From assembly GCA_043228905.1 (NCBI GenBank), contig JBHGNT010000002.1:2046001-2110000 (forward strand): a stretch of 64,000 nt of DNA, in the 5' to 3' direction. Source of the DNA: Azolla caroliniana. Taxonomy: Eukaryota > Plantae > Polypodiophyta. The notes below the pieces were generated by a model. It had not been told where the DNA came from. It made no database searches and worked only from the letters and a program-made list of their open reading frames with translations. Shown here in pieces: positions 49,757 through 61,548 of this stretch. Both the position numbers and the translations under genes were made by a program. The stretch's first letter is position 1; each line of letters begins with the position of its first letter.

Positions 49757-52700
49757 ATGCCAACAATTACTCCTCCATTGAGCTTCGCTGACTTGAGACA
49801 TAGGTGAGTAATTCTACTTTATTTCTTCCGTTTTCTGTCCGGTTTAATTTCTTATTTCTACTATTATTTTTTGAGTATCAGCCATAATAGGTCCTTTGGA
49901 GATATTGATTTTTTTCTTTGTTACTTAATTTTTTTTACGTATTAGCTATCATGGATCCTTTGGAAAAACTCTATTTTTATATTTTAGTATTAGCTATAAT
50001 GGGTCCTTGGGAGACCTCGAATTTTCCTCTCGATTTTATCTTAGTTTTTTTATTTGCCAGAATGATTCGTTAGTGAACATAGATTCTTCTCTGGTTTATT
50101 ATCTTCATATTTTGTTATAGCTATATTGGTTTTTTAGCGTTTTCTCTTTTTTTGAAATATTAACTATGATGGGTCATTTTGAGGCGTCATTTTTTCTTTC
50201 TTTCTTGGTTATTGAGTACAAGCAACACTGGATTTTCTGGAAGCATCCGTTTTCTATGTTTATTTTGATAGTTTGAAAAATAACTACACTTGGTTCTTTG
50301 AAAGCATTATTCATTTTCCATGTTCCTTTCTTGATTGCTATATTATTTGTGACAATGTGCCTTTTGAAGCATTTCGTTTTCAATGTTTCCAGTTAGATTT
50401 TCCCCTGTGCTACCTGTAATTGGAAGGCTGTTTGGAAGTTTCAAATTTTTTATTTTTGAAGCATTTCCGTTTCCATGTTTTCTGCTTGATTTTGGCTTTG
50501 GTGCTAGCTGTAATTGGTAGGCTCTTTATAAGCTTCAAATTTCTATTATTCTATTTTCTATCCATTTTTTCAATGATAGCGACGGTATTGTATTGCTTAA
50601 TAAGTTCTTCAAATCTTCATTTTTAAATATTTAAAAAAATATTATCTGTATGGCCTGTAATGGGTTCTTCGGAAGCATCAGATTTTTCCATGTTTTTGAT
50701 TTGCTTTCGTTACTTTATGTATATATTATGTATTGAGGCCAGGCAGTTTAATTGTCGATCCTTTAGTAAACGACATGGTGATTTAGCGTTCTTGGAAGCT
50801 TGAACATCTTTTTCCTGTTCATTGTGTGTTTTGTATTTGGTATTTGAATATTAATTAAATGTATCCCTGGATGGCATTGCCTTCTTTCTATTTGATGTTC
50901 AATGAGTTGTTGGAGGTGCCATTTCAATTTTTTTTCAGTCTTTGGTATATTGCATGTACTTTTTGGAGCATTAGATTAGCTAAATGTAAATTAATGTCCT
51001 TGGTTAATGGGTCCTCACATTTATTAATTTTTCCTTCTTGTGTTGCAGCTCTTCCATCCACCCTCTCTCTTTCTCCATCTACCCAATTCGCAAGGTTTTG
51101 CGGAACTCTCAATCCCATGGTCTGGTTCTTCATAAGCTCTGCTGGGTTATCTACAGAGAACACTATCATCAGCAGGGGAATCGTGCTCGAAGGTTTTTTA
51201 CATTTGCAAGCTCAGATGATGGCAATGGTGTCTCTTCCAATAGTGATACAAGCGCTTATGTAGAAATAGAGCTAGAAGAGACAAGATCAAAGCTTAATGC
51301 ATCTTTTCAGCTTAGTGAAGCCGGAGTTGATTATACCCAAGCTTTACATGAAGCAGCGAGGAAGTTCCAATTAGCTGCGGAACAACATGAGTCACTAAGA
51401 AAAAATGGTTGGTTTTCAAAGTCATGGCTAGGAGTCGATCAAATTTCTTGGATAAAGCCTGTTTCTTATCAGGCAAGTTGAAAGGCTATGTTTTATAATG
51501 AAATATTTTTCAATATCCACTCTTACTTTCTCAATGATATATCTGTATAGGCAGCCGTCCATTCCTTGTTACAAGCTGTCCTTGAAATTGCATCGAGAGG
51601 TCATGGAGGGGATAGAGATACCCATGTTTTTGTACAGAGAAGGTAACTCTATACTCATTGAAATATTTGAGCATTGTATACTTGGTAATCTTTCGTGTTG
51701 CCTGTGATTGACCGTATTTATGTCTTTTCTTTTACCAAACTCAATTGTTATTTCTGTTCTTCTGAAATTTGATTTGTATGCAGCATTTCTCGGCAACTTA
51801 ACCCACTTCAGGAGTCTATTAATCAGCAGTTTTCAGCTAGAAACACCAATGTAGATGCCTATTTCTGGTCTGAACAGCATCCTCTTGCAGTGGCAAGTTT
51901 TGTGGACTTGCTGGAACGTGATCCAAGATTCACAACTGTTACTTCAGTGTATGTCTCTTATAGTAGTGACAAAGTGATCAAACAATTCTGCATATATATT
52001 TCAAAGTTTGATTTATGGCACCATTTTGTTTTTCCTAATAGAGGCTGGGAGGGTGCATCTGTGTGCCCTAGCATTGCAAGTGATGTGAGTCTTATGACCC
52101 TGGCAATCAGCAGTGCAGCTGCAATAGTAAAACTTGGATCAGCAAAGCTCTCCTGTGCTCCCTTTTTCTCAACTTTAATGGACGAGATAGGCCGATTAAT
52201 GGATATGCTTGTGGATTTTCTGGCCATCGACCAAGTTTACAACTTTGCATCCAGTGTGGGTCTCCGGAATCAGTTTCTTGGTTACTTTGGTCCACGAGCT
52301 GTGAGATGCCAATATTCTGGTGAAGGAGGGGAAGAAAGAACATTTTGGGTTGACATTGTACAGAAGCTTCTACGGGGTGCTATAGTTAGGGAACACATAA
52401 GAACAAAGCTGACAGCTTATGATAGCATTGAGGTATGGTTTATTCACCTTGTTACATGACTTTGTGGTCTTAAAGCAGGCACACATCTAAATACTTGATA
52501 GAAGGTACAACTTGACTTTCACATGGCAAACTTATATCGGGAAAAAAAACTTTTGAATGTTTCTTGCCTTCGAATAATCCAATCTTTCCGACCACAAAAT
52601 TGAAACATTATTGTCTCGGAAAACTGAAGTTAAAACAAGAAAGAAATAAAAGGTGTATTAACATCTCTTTAGATGCCAAAATGTCATAGGAGACCAAGAA

Positions 52701-55700
52701 ATGGTAAACTCATAATTTCTATTCATGCAGAAAGAAAAGATCATTGAGCTGACTGTAAACTAAGTATAAAATATAGTCTAGTATGTAAATAAATGAGGAA
52801 CTGTAGTAATGAACGCAGCTGTCCGTCTGAGGTGAGAAGCAACATGATCTTGCCTAGAGAATCCCAAATATCCTTGTGAGTATCATCTCAAAATGTAGGT
52901 ATTGAAGAGCTCCCTTTTTTGTACCTAAACTGGTTTAAATTAGACAGCATGTGCAAGAATCTCTCTCTCTCTCTCTCCCTCTTTCAATTAACTATAATAT
53001 ACATTCATTATCAACCCTCTTTCTCTCTCTCAATTAGCTTTGACTCAATAATAATCGTTCATTTCATCAACTCTCATTTGAATAGTGTTGCGTGCTCATC
53101 ATTTTTACAAGATATGCAGCATGGAAAATATTTCCTCATCAATTGTTATCCTGAAAATGAGAAGTGATGGAGACATACCCATGCATGTAGAAAATACTTC
53201 ATTGAAATTTATTGGCTTGTTTCTTATTTATAAGACTATATGGAAAAGAAACACAATTTCGAGATGCCATTTCTCCTCGCAAACAAAACTGCAACCGAAA
53301 GGTATATACAGATTATGAGTTTCTATGGAGCTAAAAATAAATAGCAATGCAGGATTAGAATTTGGAATAAGGTTTACAGGCCAAAAACGGCAGTGTTTTC
53401 AGTTTGGAAATTTGAGGAAAGAAACCGAAGTATGTATACAAAAAAGGAAAAGTACAGCATAAATTTCAGGATTCTGTATTCTGTTTGGATTGTTGAGTGT
53501 ATTGTAGTGGTTGTGGTTATCTGAAGCAGCTATTCAATGCAGTGTTCATTGGCAGTTAAAATTACTTAAAATTGTGTATGTCAGGTACTAGAAAGAGATT
53601 TGGCAGTTTTTGGCTTTTTTGCTGCCTTAGGAAGGAGAACTCAAAGATTCCTTATTGCTAATAATTGTGGTGATTCAGATGAAACCATTGCAGATTTACT
53701 GCGGTAAGCTGTTCAGGGTCACGTTGACGCAATTGATTACGTAATTGCTAATCCCCTGTTTTAATAATAAAACTTACACTCCAGGTATCTAATTGGAGGT
53801 AGCATTTCATTCTATCCTCAGCTTGCTTCCCTTAATACTTACGAGCTCTTCATTGAGGTACGTCTGAGTTTGGTCCGTGTCACTCAAAAAACTTTATATA
53901 GTTGTAACAGTAATAGCAAGCTATTACTAACATTATTGGACCTCTCATCCTTAGGGGTATAAACTAATTCTAAACACTGTTAATGTCCTACAAAGTATAG
54001 GCAGAAAAAGAAGAAGAAAGAAAGATATATTAACATCTCGAAAATACCATAATGCACTGCTTAGGAGATTTGACAAAGTTCACAAATATTTATGTCAATT
54101 CATCAATGGGAGTAACAAAAGAAAAATGTCTTTCTACATTAAATATCATGAATAATCAACAATCAGGGCTGCTGCCTGATCATTGAAACTGAAAATTTCC
54201 ACCCTCTGAAAATTTGAGATTTCAGTGAATAGTATGATGTTTAAGGCACTTGACATGCTCATGTAGGTTGCCTGTGAGGAGATGGAATGGCTACCTTTCT
54301 ATCCTGCCCCTGCTTCAACATCAAGTAATGGACATAACGAACAATCATCATCACCAAATTTGGAAGCTATTATTCTAGGTTTAGATCAATGCTCACAATG
54401 GATTAGTGACTTTTTAAAATATGGCACTTGGGTTCAACAACCGGCTGGTGCCCGTGCATTATCTTTCCTGTTAAGAAGGTAGAATAAAAGTGCACATGAA
54501 TTGTGGATGGCTGGACTGTATAAATGGAGTAGAAATGATATATATTATAGGTCTAATGCTATTCATGATTTGTATTTTAAGTTGTAACATTTGAAGTCCC
54601 TATTCCAGCCAAGCTCGGTTGAATGAGTGCAATCAATCATACCCTAATACAACCCATCAAAAGACATCCAAGTGAGTGGTATAGCGTTCTGTTTGAATTT
54701 TTTCTTTCTAAATATCTAACCTAGTTTCAAGGATGCATGGGGAGCAGGATATATTAATGATGATATTGATAGCCAAAACTACCTTCAGTAGTGTTATCCT
54801 GATTTTTGCAAATAGTTTGATTTGGCCAGCAAAAGTTCAATGGATATGGCACTTCAAGCTTCATCCTTTAAGGATATAGGAACTGGTACTGGGATAAGAA
54901 ACAAGAGCTCACCTGATTCAGAGATCTACAGGAAAAACTTCAACTCTTATGAGAAGATGAACGAACAAGATATGGATTTGGATGGTGCTGGAAAGATGGA
55001 ACAGCTAATACTTTTTGACAAGGTTTTTGAAACCCTCCTCAATTTTCTTGTTACTGAAATAATATGTAATATACAACTTAATAGAAGTTAACTATTTCTT
55101 TCTATCAGTTTGTTGAAGCATTTAACAACTAGTATCAAGAAGACTTTATTACTACTTGTGAGCCATAATTTGTCCAAGAGGCTTATGACATTTGTCTATG
55201 TGGTATCATAGAGAATTTCATAGGGTCAATAAGAAGTACAAGTAAAGATTTATAAGCAAGTTAAGGATATTTGATGAGTTAGTCCATTCTCGTAGGCAAG
55301 GCTTTCGCTAGATAACGTCTTCTCTCCACAATGTCCCTGAAGTCCATGGCAATGTGCTGTCTGAGGTTTTGGCTTTTATTGATTTGATAGCATGATGTGG
55401 TACATATTTTTTACTTTTATTGATTTGATCCCATGAAGTGTGTAAGTCTGTTGATATACCTACTTGTTTTCATAAGCTCTCACATTAGATGCTTTCCAGA
55501 TTTTCTCTTGGCTCTATTTAACAAAGGGTTAAGAATTCACATTGGCTACATCCTATCCCATAGTAGTAAAAAGGATTAAATATTGCCTTCAATGACTATA
55601 ATTAGGTTGGTTACATCCTAATTCTTGGGAGTGTAAAAAAAATAAAATTGGCTTCAATAATTGTAATTTTCTTTTTTTTGTTTTCTTCTTTTTCTTATTC

Positions 55701-58700
55701 TTCATTGTGCCCACTCTGTCAATCTGGAAGGTAAATACTGTTTATTAAATCCCCGTGACAACCTTAAAAAGTATTTATTTATTCAGAGATTCCCTAAACC
55801 TAGAGTCATGCGTAATGATAGAAATGCTACATCCTTGAATGGCCTTGCTTTGCTGAATATATCTTAGAAGAATGCTGTATAATAGTTTGTCAACAGTGGA
55901 ATATTTTTAACATCATTATAATTGAACTAAACCGAACAGGAGTTGCAAGATGTAGATGAAGCCTTAAGAAGATTAGAATGCTTGTTACCAGAGCAAGAGG
56001 GTCCAGGAAAAGGATATCTTACTGCAGCTTGCACAAATCTTGAAACAATACGCCGATTGAAAAAAGAAGTGGAGATGCTTGAAGATTCGCTAAGGAAAAA
56101 AGCTAAGGCCATGTTGCAGGTGTCTGGATGATTCTACCTCTTGCCAATGTCTTTATGAGCATTGAAAAAATATATGGAGAAGAATCCTCACTTTTGTGTT
56201 TGTGTTTGAACACCAAACAGGCAGAGAGCCCACTACTTCAGCAACAGAGAAGGGAGAAAAACAGGCGAGGAAAGATAAGCTCGCAGTCTGATAGACAGCA
56301 AGAACAAATAAGGCATTTGCAAATCTTTGTTATCTGTTTTTCAATGATATTAATCTTGTGGCACAGTATCCTAATTATTTGATGATATTATTTGAACTTA
56401 AAAACAGGTCAAGCAATGACGCCAGCAAGCTAGAGTGGGTTTCCAAGGTATTGTGGAAGTTTAGGGGAACATTTGATAGTAACTTGCAAATTTCAGAAAC
56501 GATACAAAAAGTTGAAAGGAAATCAAAAGAGAGAATGAGAGAAACAAAAAGAAAAATTGTCTTTTTCTATGTTAGCTTATTAAATTTTAATTGTCTTGAA
56601 ATATAATGACGCATAACAATCAGGTTTGGGGGGGTATAATGAACTATTCATCACTTCACCTTACGCATGACAGTTCTTGCATAATAATAAACCCAAAATA
56701 TTTGCATCTAACCTTTCATATCATCTTCCAGGAAGATGGAGTAGCATCACCTCTTACCCTTCCAGAAGCTTCTTCAACTACAGAGATTGATAGTTTTGAG
56801 CTTTTGAGGCAGGAATTGATGGATCTTGAAAGGCGTGTGAAAGAAACTTCAGGCAAGCATTTAAATGGGCAGGCAAGACTTTCATCGCTAGAATCTTCCC
56901 ACTGTAAATGAGAAACGTGTTCAGTTAATTGTAGAGACCAAAATTCATTAAAAGGAGTCCACTTGGAAACTCCTACTCCTTTTATGTGTGCATACTTTTT
57001 CTCTAAGACTTTCATCACTTGAATCTTCCCACTGTAAATGAGAAATGTGTTTATTAAATTGTAAGCATAGGCTTTATAGAGACCAAAATGCATTGAAAGG
57101 AGCCCTCTTGCAAACTCTTAACTCCTTTTATTTGTGCATACTTTTTCTCTGTTTGGGCGTATATTCAAGCCACAGCATGTATTTTAGTTGAAATCTTGGC
57201 ATTGTTTCTTCCAGGATACATCATTTCAGAGCAGTGGAGGTGAAGATGAGGGCAAACTGTCATCTGTATCAAGTGGTGCAAGTAATGAAGCTTCTATTAA
57301 GGGAGATATTATCACCCAATCCTTAGAGAAGATCAAAGAAACAACTACTGTAATACATTCTTTTCTTTGTTCTGATGAATGCCACTATATGTTTCTTTCA
57401 TACCAATAACCATATAACTTTTAACAGCTAGTTCAAGATTTAAATTGGTTACATTTAAACAGGATGTTTGGAGGGGAACACAGCTACTTGCAACAGATGT
57501 TGCTGCAGCTACAGCGCTTCTGAAAAGGAGTGCTTCTGGTGAGGAGTTAACAGAAAGGGAAAATAAGGTTTTGAAAAGGACATTAACCGACATGGCTTCT
57601 GTCATACCAATTGGAATTCTGATGCTTCTACCTGTAAGACTCTTCCATGACCTTCATCATGTTTCTGATATTCCATCACTAGTTAGAAAGGTCATAACCC
57701 TACGTGAATGTCTTTGAAGGCATACCACTTCAGGGAGGTTTAAGGTAGATGCAAATTCAATGAATAACATTGGTTTAAAAAGCAGTGATTCAGGACTCCA
57801 AATAACGTAATGCTCTGCATATATGATGTATCTAGCATTCAACTGCACATATATGTATGTAAATATGTATAATCGATACAAATGTTCATGGGCACATATA
57901 GGGGCATTTATCACACAAATTTCTGGTTCAAATTTTTATCTCCTTCGTGATGCTAAACAGAAAGAAAGCACAATCTAATGTATCTTAAAAGGCCAAACAA
58001 GATATTACATCTTAAAATGTCACCTCATCTATGAGAACAACCAACAGAAATGTAACTACATTAAAAATAAATAAAAAAGTGAATAAAGAATATCGTCATC
58101 TAAAGATGTAAGATTCTCAAGTCAGATAGCTTGTAGTTTGTTTTTGAAAGATATCCACAATGGTTGATCCAGAATGGAGAGATCTCTGAAGTGAGGGAAG
58201 CACCTGTTATTGCTAGAGATAACAGGGATAATTGCCTTTATTTGTTGATGACGAGGGTGGCGTAATCCTGGTCCACAAGGTTGGCATGCACAACAAATTG
58301 ATATTGCTTATCTAGTGTACCCCCTTTGCATTGTCCTTGTCGGAACCCCACTTGTGCAGCCATTGATTGACTTGTAGCATGAGTAGAAGTGATGGGGTTA
58401 AAGAAAGTTGTGATTGTTGTTTGTATGGTTGTATTGTTTTTTTCCTTCAACTTCTCCCTGTGTCTCGAGTTCTAACAAAAATAGTCCCAAGCACCGTTGG
58501 TCCTCATATTCCAGTGCCTTGCATAGTGGACCACAGGCCTAGTTAAAGAGGTTATGTTATGTCCTTATTTCTTAAAAAACAGTATGGCGTTCTTCTGGTT
58601 CTGCTCCATATGTGTATGACATGATCAGTTGGAAATAGAATAATGTCTTTTGCTGATGGTATTTAAATGCATCCACACAGGTCACAGCTGTGGGACATGC

Positions 58701-58990
58701 AGCAATTCTTGCAGCAATACAGAGATATGCCCCTGGAATGGTAGGAAACATGGAATGCATCACTTCTCTGCCTATGGAATACTTTAAAAAAGACATGTTT
58801 ATTTTTATTAATGTGTCCATATCAAAACTGACAGATACCATCTGCATATGCGCGAGAAAGGCTTGACCTCATCAAACAACTAGAACAGATTAGAGAGATG
58901 GGCAATGCAGATAGTTGGGATGAAAAAAAGGTACTTACTCTTCCGAGTGCAGACACAAATGTACAGAGTAGCAGAGGGTCAGATGATTGA
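49757..58990 (+). CDS. LETM1-like protein (plant family with a C-terminal LETM1-like region), ~20 exons from 49757-49803 and 51049-51472 to 58834-58990
   Basis: Spliced peptides WLGVDQISWIKPVSYQ|AAVHSLLQA, VLERDLAVFGFFAALGRRT, EEMEWLPFYP, DVWRGTQLLATDVAAA...LKRTLTDMASVIPIGILMLLP|VTAVGHAAILAAIQRYAPGM|IPSAYARERLDL; transit-like S/R-rich N-terminus. The first exon is inferred from phase match. Confidence 0.88.
57955..58550 (-). mobile_element. LINE 3' fragment in a LETM1-like intron
   Basis: Same family 3' UTR and ORF end as 26870-28095, more diverged. Confidence 0.8.
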
Positions 58991-61548
58991 TTAATTGGTT
59001 TCATTGATGTATGTAAATTATGGTTTTTGGCATCATAGAGAACTGGTGAAACTGATTATTCAAATTTCCTCTGATTCTCCATTAAACGAAGTGTATATGG
59101 AGGAGACATCTTTGATCATAAGACATTCATTAAAGAATTCAGATTACATGTGAAAAATATAAAATATTGGAGTTAATTTTAACCACATGTGAATTGGACC
59201 CATTTCATTATATGATATGTACAGTAAAAGACTAGTAACTGGAACAAGGGCATATGTACAATACATGTCCATTGGGTGTAAGGGTGATGTACCCATTATT
59301 TGAATAATTTTATATAACAGCCAGATTGTATTGAAGTATTTAACCTTGTCTATCTAAATTGTATGGTTGTGAGCATTAAAAGTAGAAGACTTTTGTTAAC
59401 ATTGTCGAGCAGAATATAGAACTCCGTAAATAAAACAAAAACAGCTCCCATGCTAGTACGAAAATGGGCTGTAATTTTCAACTGCTTAAATATAATGGAA
59501 ATAGAACAAACTGTAATTAATTGAGATGAAGTTGACTGTATTCCAACAAGTAAATTCTCAATAAATCTGATTATTTTTTATGCAACAGAAGAATTAAATG
59601 TTCCTAAAGTACTCTTGTTAGGCTGTGTAATTGTTATGTACCTTGATATGGTGAACATTGAATACTGCTTCCTATATAACAAAATTGCTAAGGAAGCAGA
59701 AAAACGCATTCAATGAAGCTACCTGAATGTTAGACCAACACTAGGATATATCCAAAGAGTTTCTTTATTGCTGTACCCTGAAAGTTCATGGTAATAGCCT
59801 TATGGAGGTATGCAAACAAATACTAAAGATGTTTATGTGATCTTGCGACTCTTTGATCATGAAGGTTTTTGTGAACAAATTAATTCATAAAGATTGATGA
59901 CCATGTAAGTCTTCATGCAAAGAAGTTCAAATGTTCTTTGAGTCAGAAATCCAAAATGACTTTATAAGAACCTTGACATGATTATTTTTGGAGGTAGTTT
60001 GAGATCCAAAAAATGGTTAATGACCTTGTCAATTTATCTCTCCCTCAAATGGAGACACATTGGAATATAAGAGCAATGTGTTTTACGTGTGGGGGAGAAT
60101 ATAATAGCAATGTGGCTCAGAAATTCTCAAAGAGGGCAAATATACAAGGTATAAGTTAATACTTCAATAATTAATATTATTTTGTTTTCATTTGTATGTA
60201 ATCTAATCTACCATTAACATCGTGATTAACCTACTTAAATAAAAATCTAGACTCAAGTTATGTTCAATCCTACATTGTTAGCTATTGGTGGAGCCTATGT
60301 TGGGTTCAAGACCCCTAACTATATCAAAAAACTCTTTACGAAAAACCTTTTCACACCTCAATCACCACCTGTAGGTAAGAGGCTTGATGCTTGTCTGCAC
60401 ACTTAGTTCTCTTTTGGCACATTCAAGAGTTAATCTTGTTCTCTTTATACTTAAGTTGTTTTCATGAATATTTGACAATGTATAGAATTGCCATTTACTA
60501 ATAAATCTATAAACGAGCATTAGGTGAATCAAATCCCTGAACGCAAAATGATAAAAAGAACTTTTAGATTACAGTTATAAATCTATAAACGAGCATTGAA
60601 GGAATCAAACACTAGAAAGAAAAATGATAAAAGAAAACTTATAGTTTTAGATTCCAGTTATCACAAGTTTCTCATCTCCATTCAATAAAGTCAGCAAAAC
60701 CTTAAGCTATTTCTTTGTAATCATTCCAAACAAAGAGCTTAGCTACACAGCCATACATAAACCAAAGAATGATTTTCATATCATATTTCATTCCTTGAAA
60801 CCTTAATGTTCTCTAACCATCACTGCTCACTGAATGGTAGCACAAAATAAACACCATGGCATTGACTCTACTATCGTCCATGGGTCCATGTACAGTCAAT
60901 TCATGATGAATCTAACCAGCAAAACATCCTACCCAGCCCCTACGCGAGCTTGTCTTCGTCCAAGTAGGGCCCATTTGGGGCATGTTAAGACTAACAGATC
61001 CAGTTGTGGAATACTATTGTACATCTCTAGCCTCACAGTGCAAAAAATTTAGCACAGCTCCAATAACAATCCAGTTTTTTTCTCTATTTGCTGTGAACAT
61101 TTGTTTAATACCATTGACAAAATGACATCGATTTTGGTTCAACCCCCAAAATTTTGTACAAATACAAGTCAATATCATTACAAAAGAGTATGTATATCGC
61201 TACTGGCAGACAGCAGAATACTGTCATTGTAGGAGTCAGCTTTACATGGTATCCTTGAGCCCATAAACTTGGGAACTGTACATATTAGTGTGATTGTAAG
61301 TAATGTTGGGTGGGCCTCATTCATTTTGTCTCACTTCATATCAACCTCCATGACATAGATCCAGACAAAACCTTTGAGGGTAAAAAATTGGCCCTCTATT
61401 TATGAATGATTTTTTTTGGCATTTTTGCTGCCTTCAACCAAAGAGGGCAAACCCAAATTCCAACACAGAATGTGTTTGCTTTAGCTTCACAACAACAATG
61501 TAATCACTTCAAATTTTTCCAGTTTTAGGTTCACGCAAAGTATGCACG

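Noticed and set aside
49078-50810. Repeat-spacer appearance reminiscent of a CRISPR array
   Set aside because: Eukaryotic context, highly degenerate units and no cas genes.
60275-60332. A-box and B-box-like motifs suggesting a tRNA or SINE
   Set aside because: Box spacing is too short, and there is no cloverleaf, TSD or second copy.
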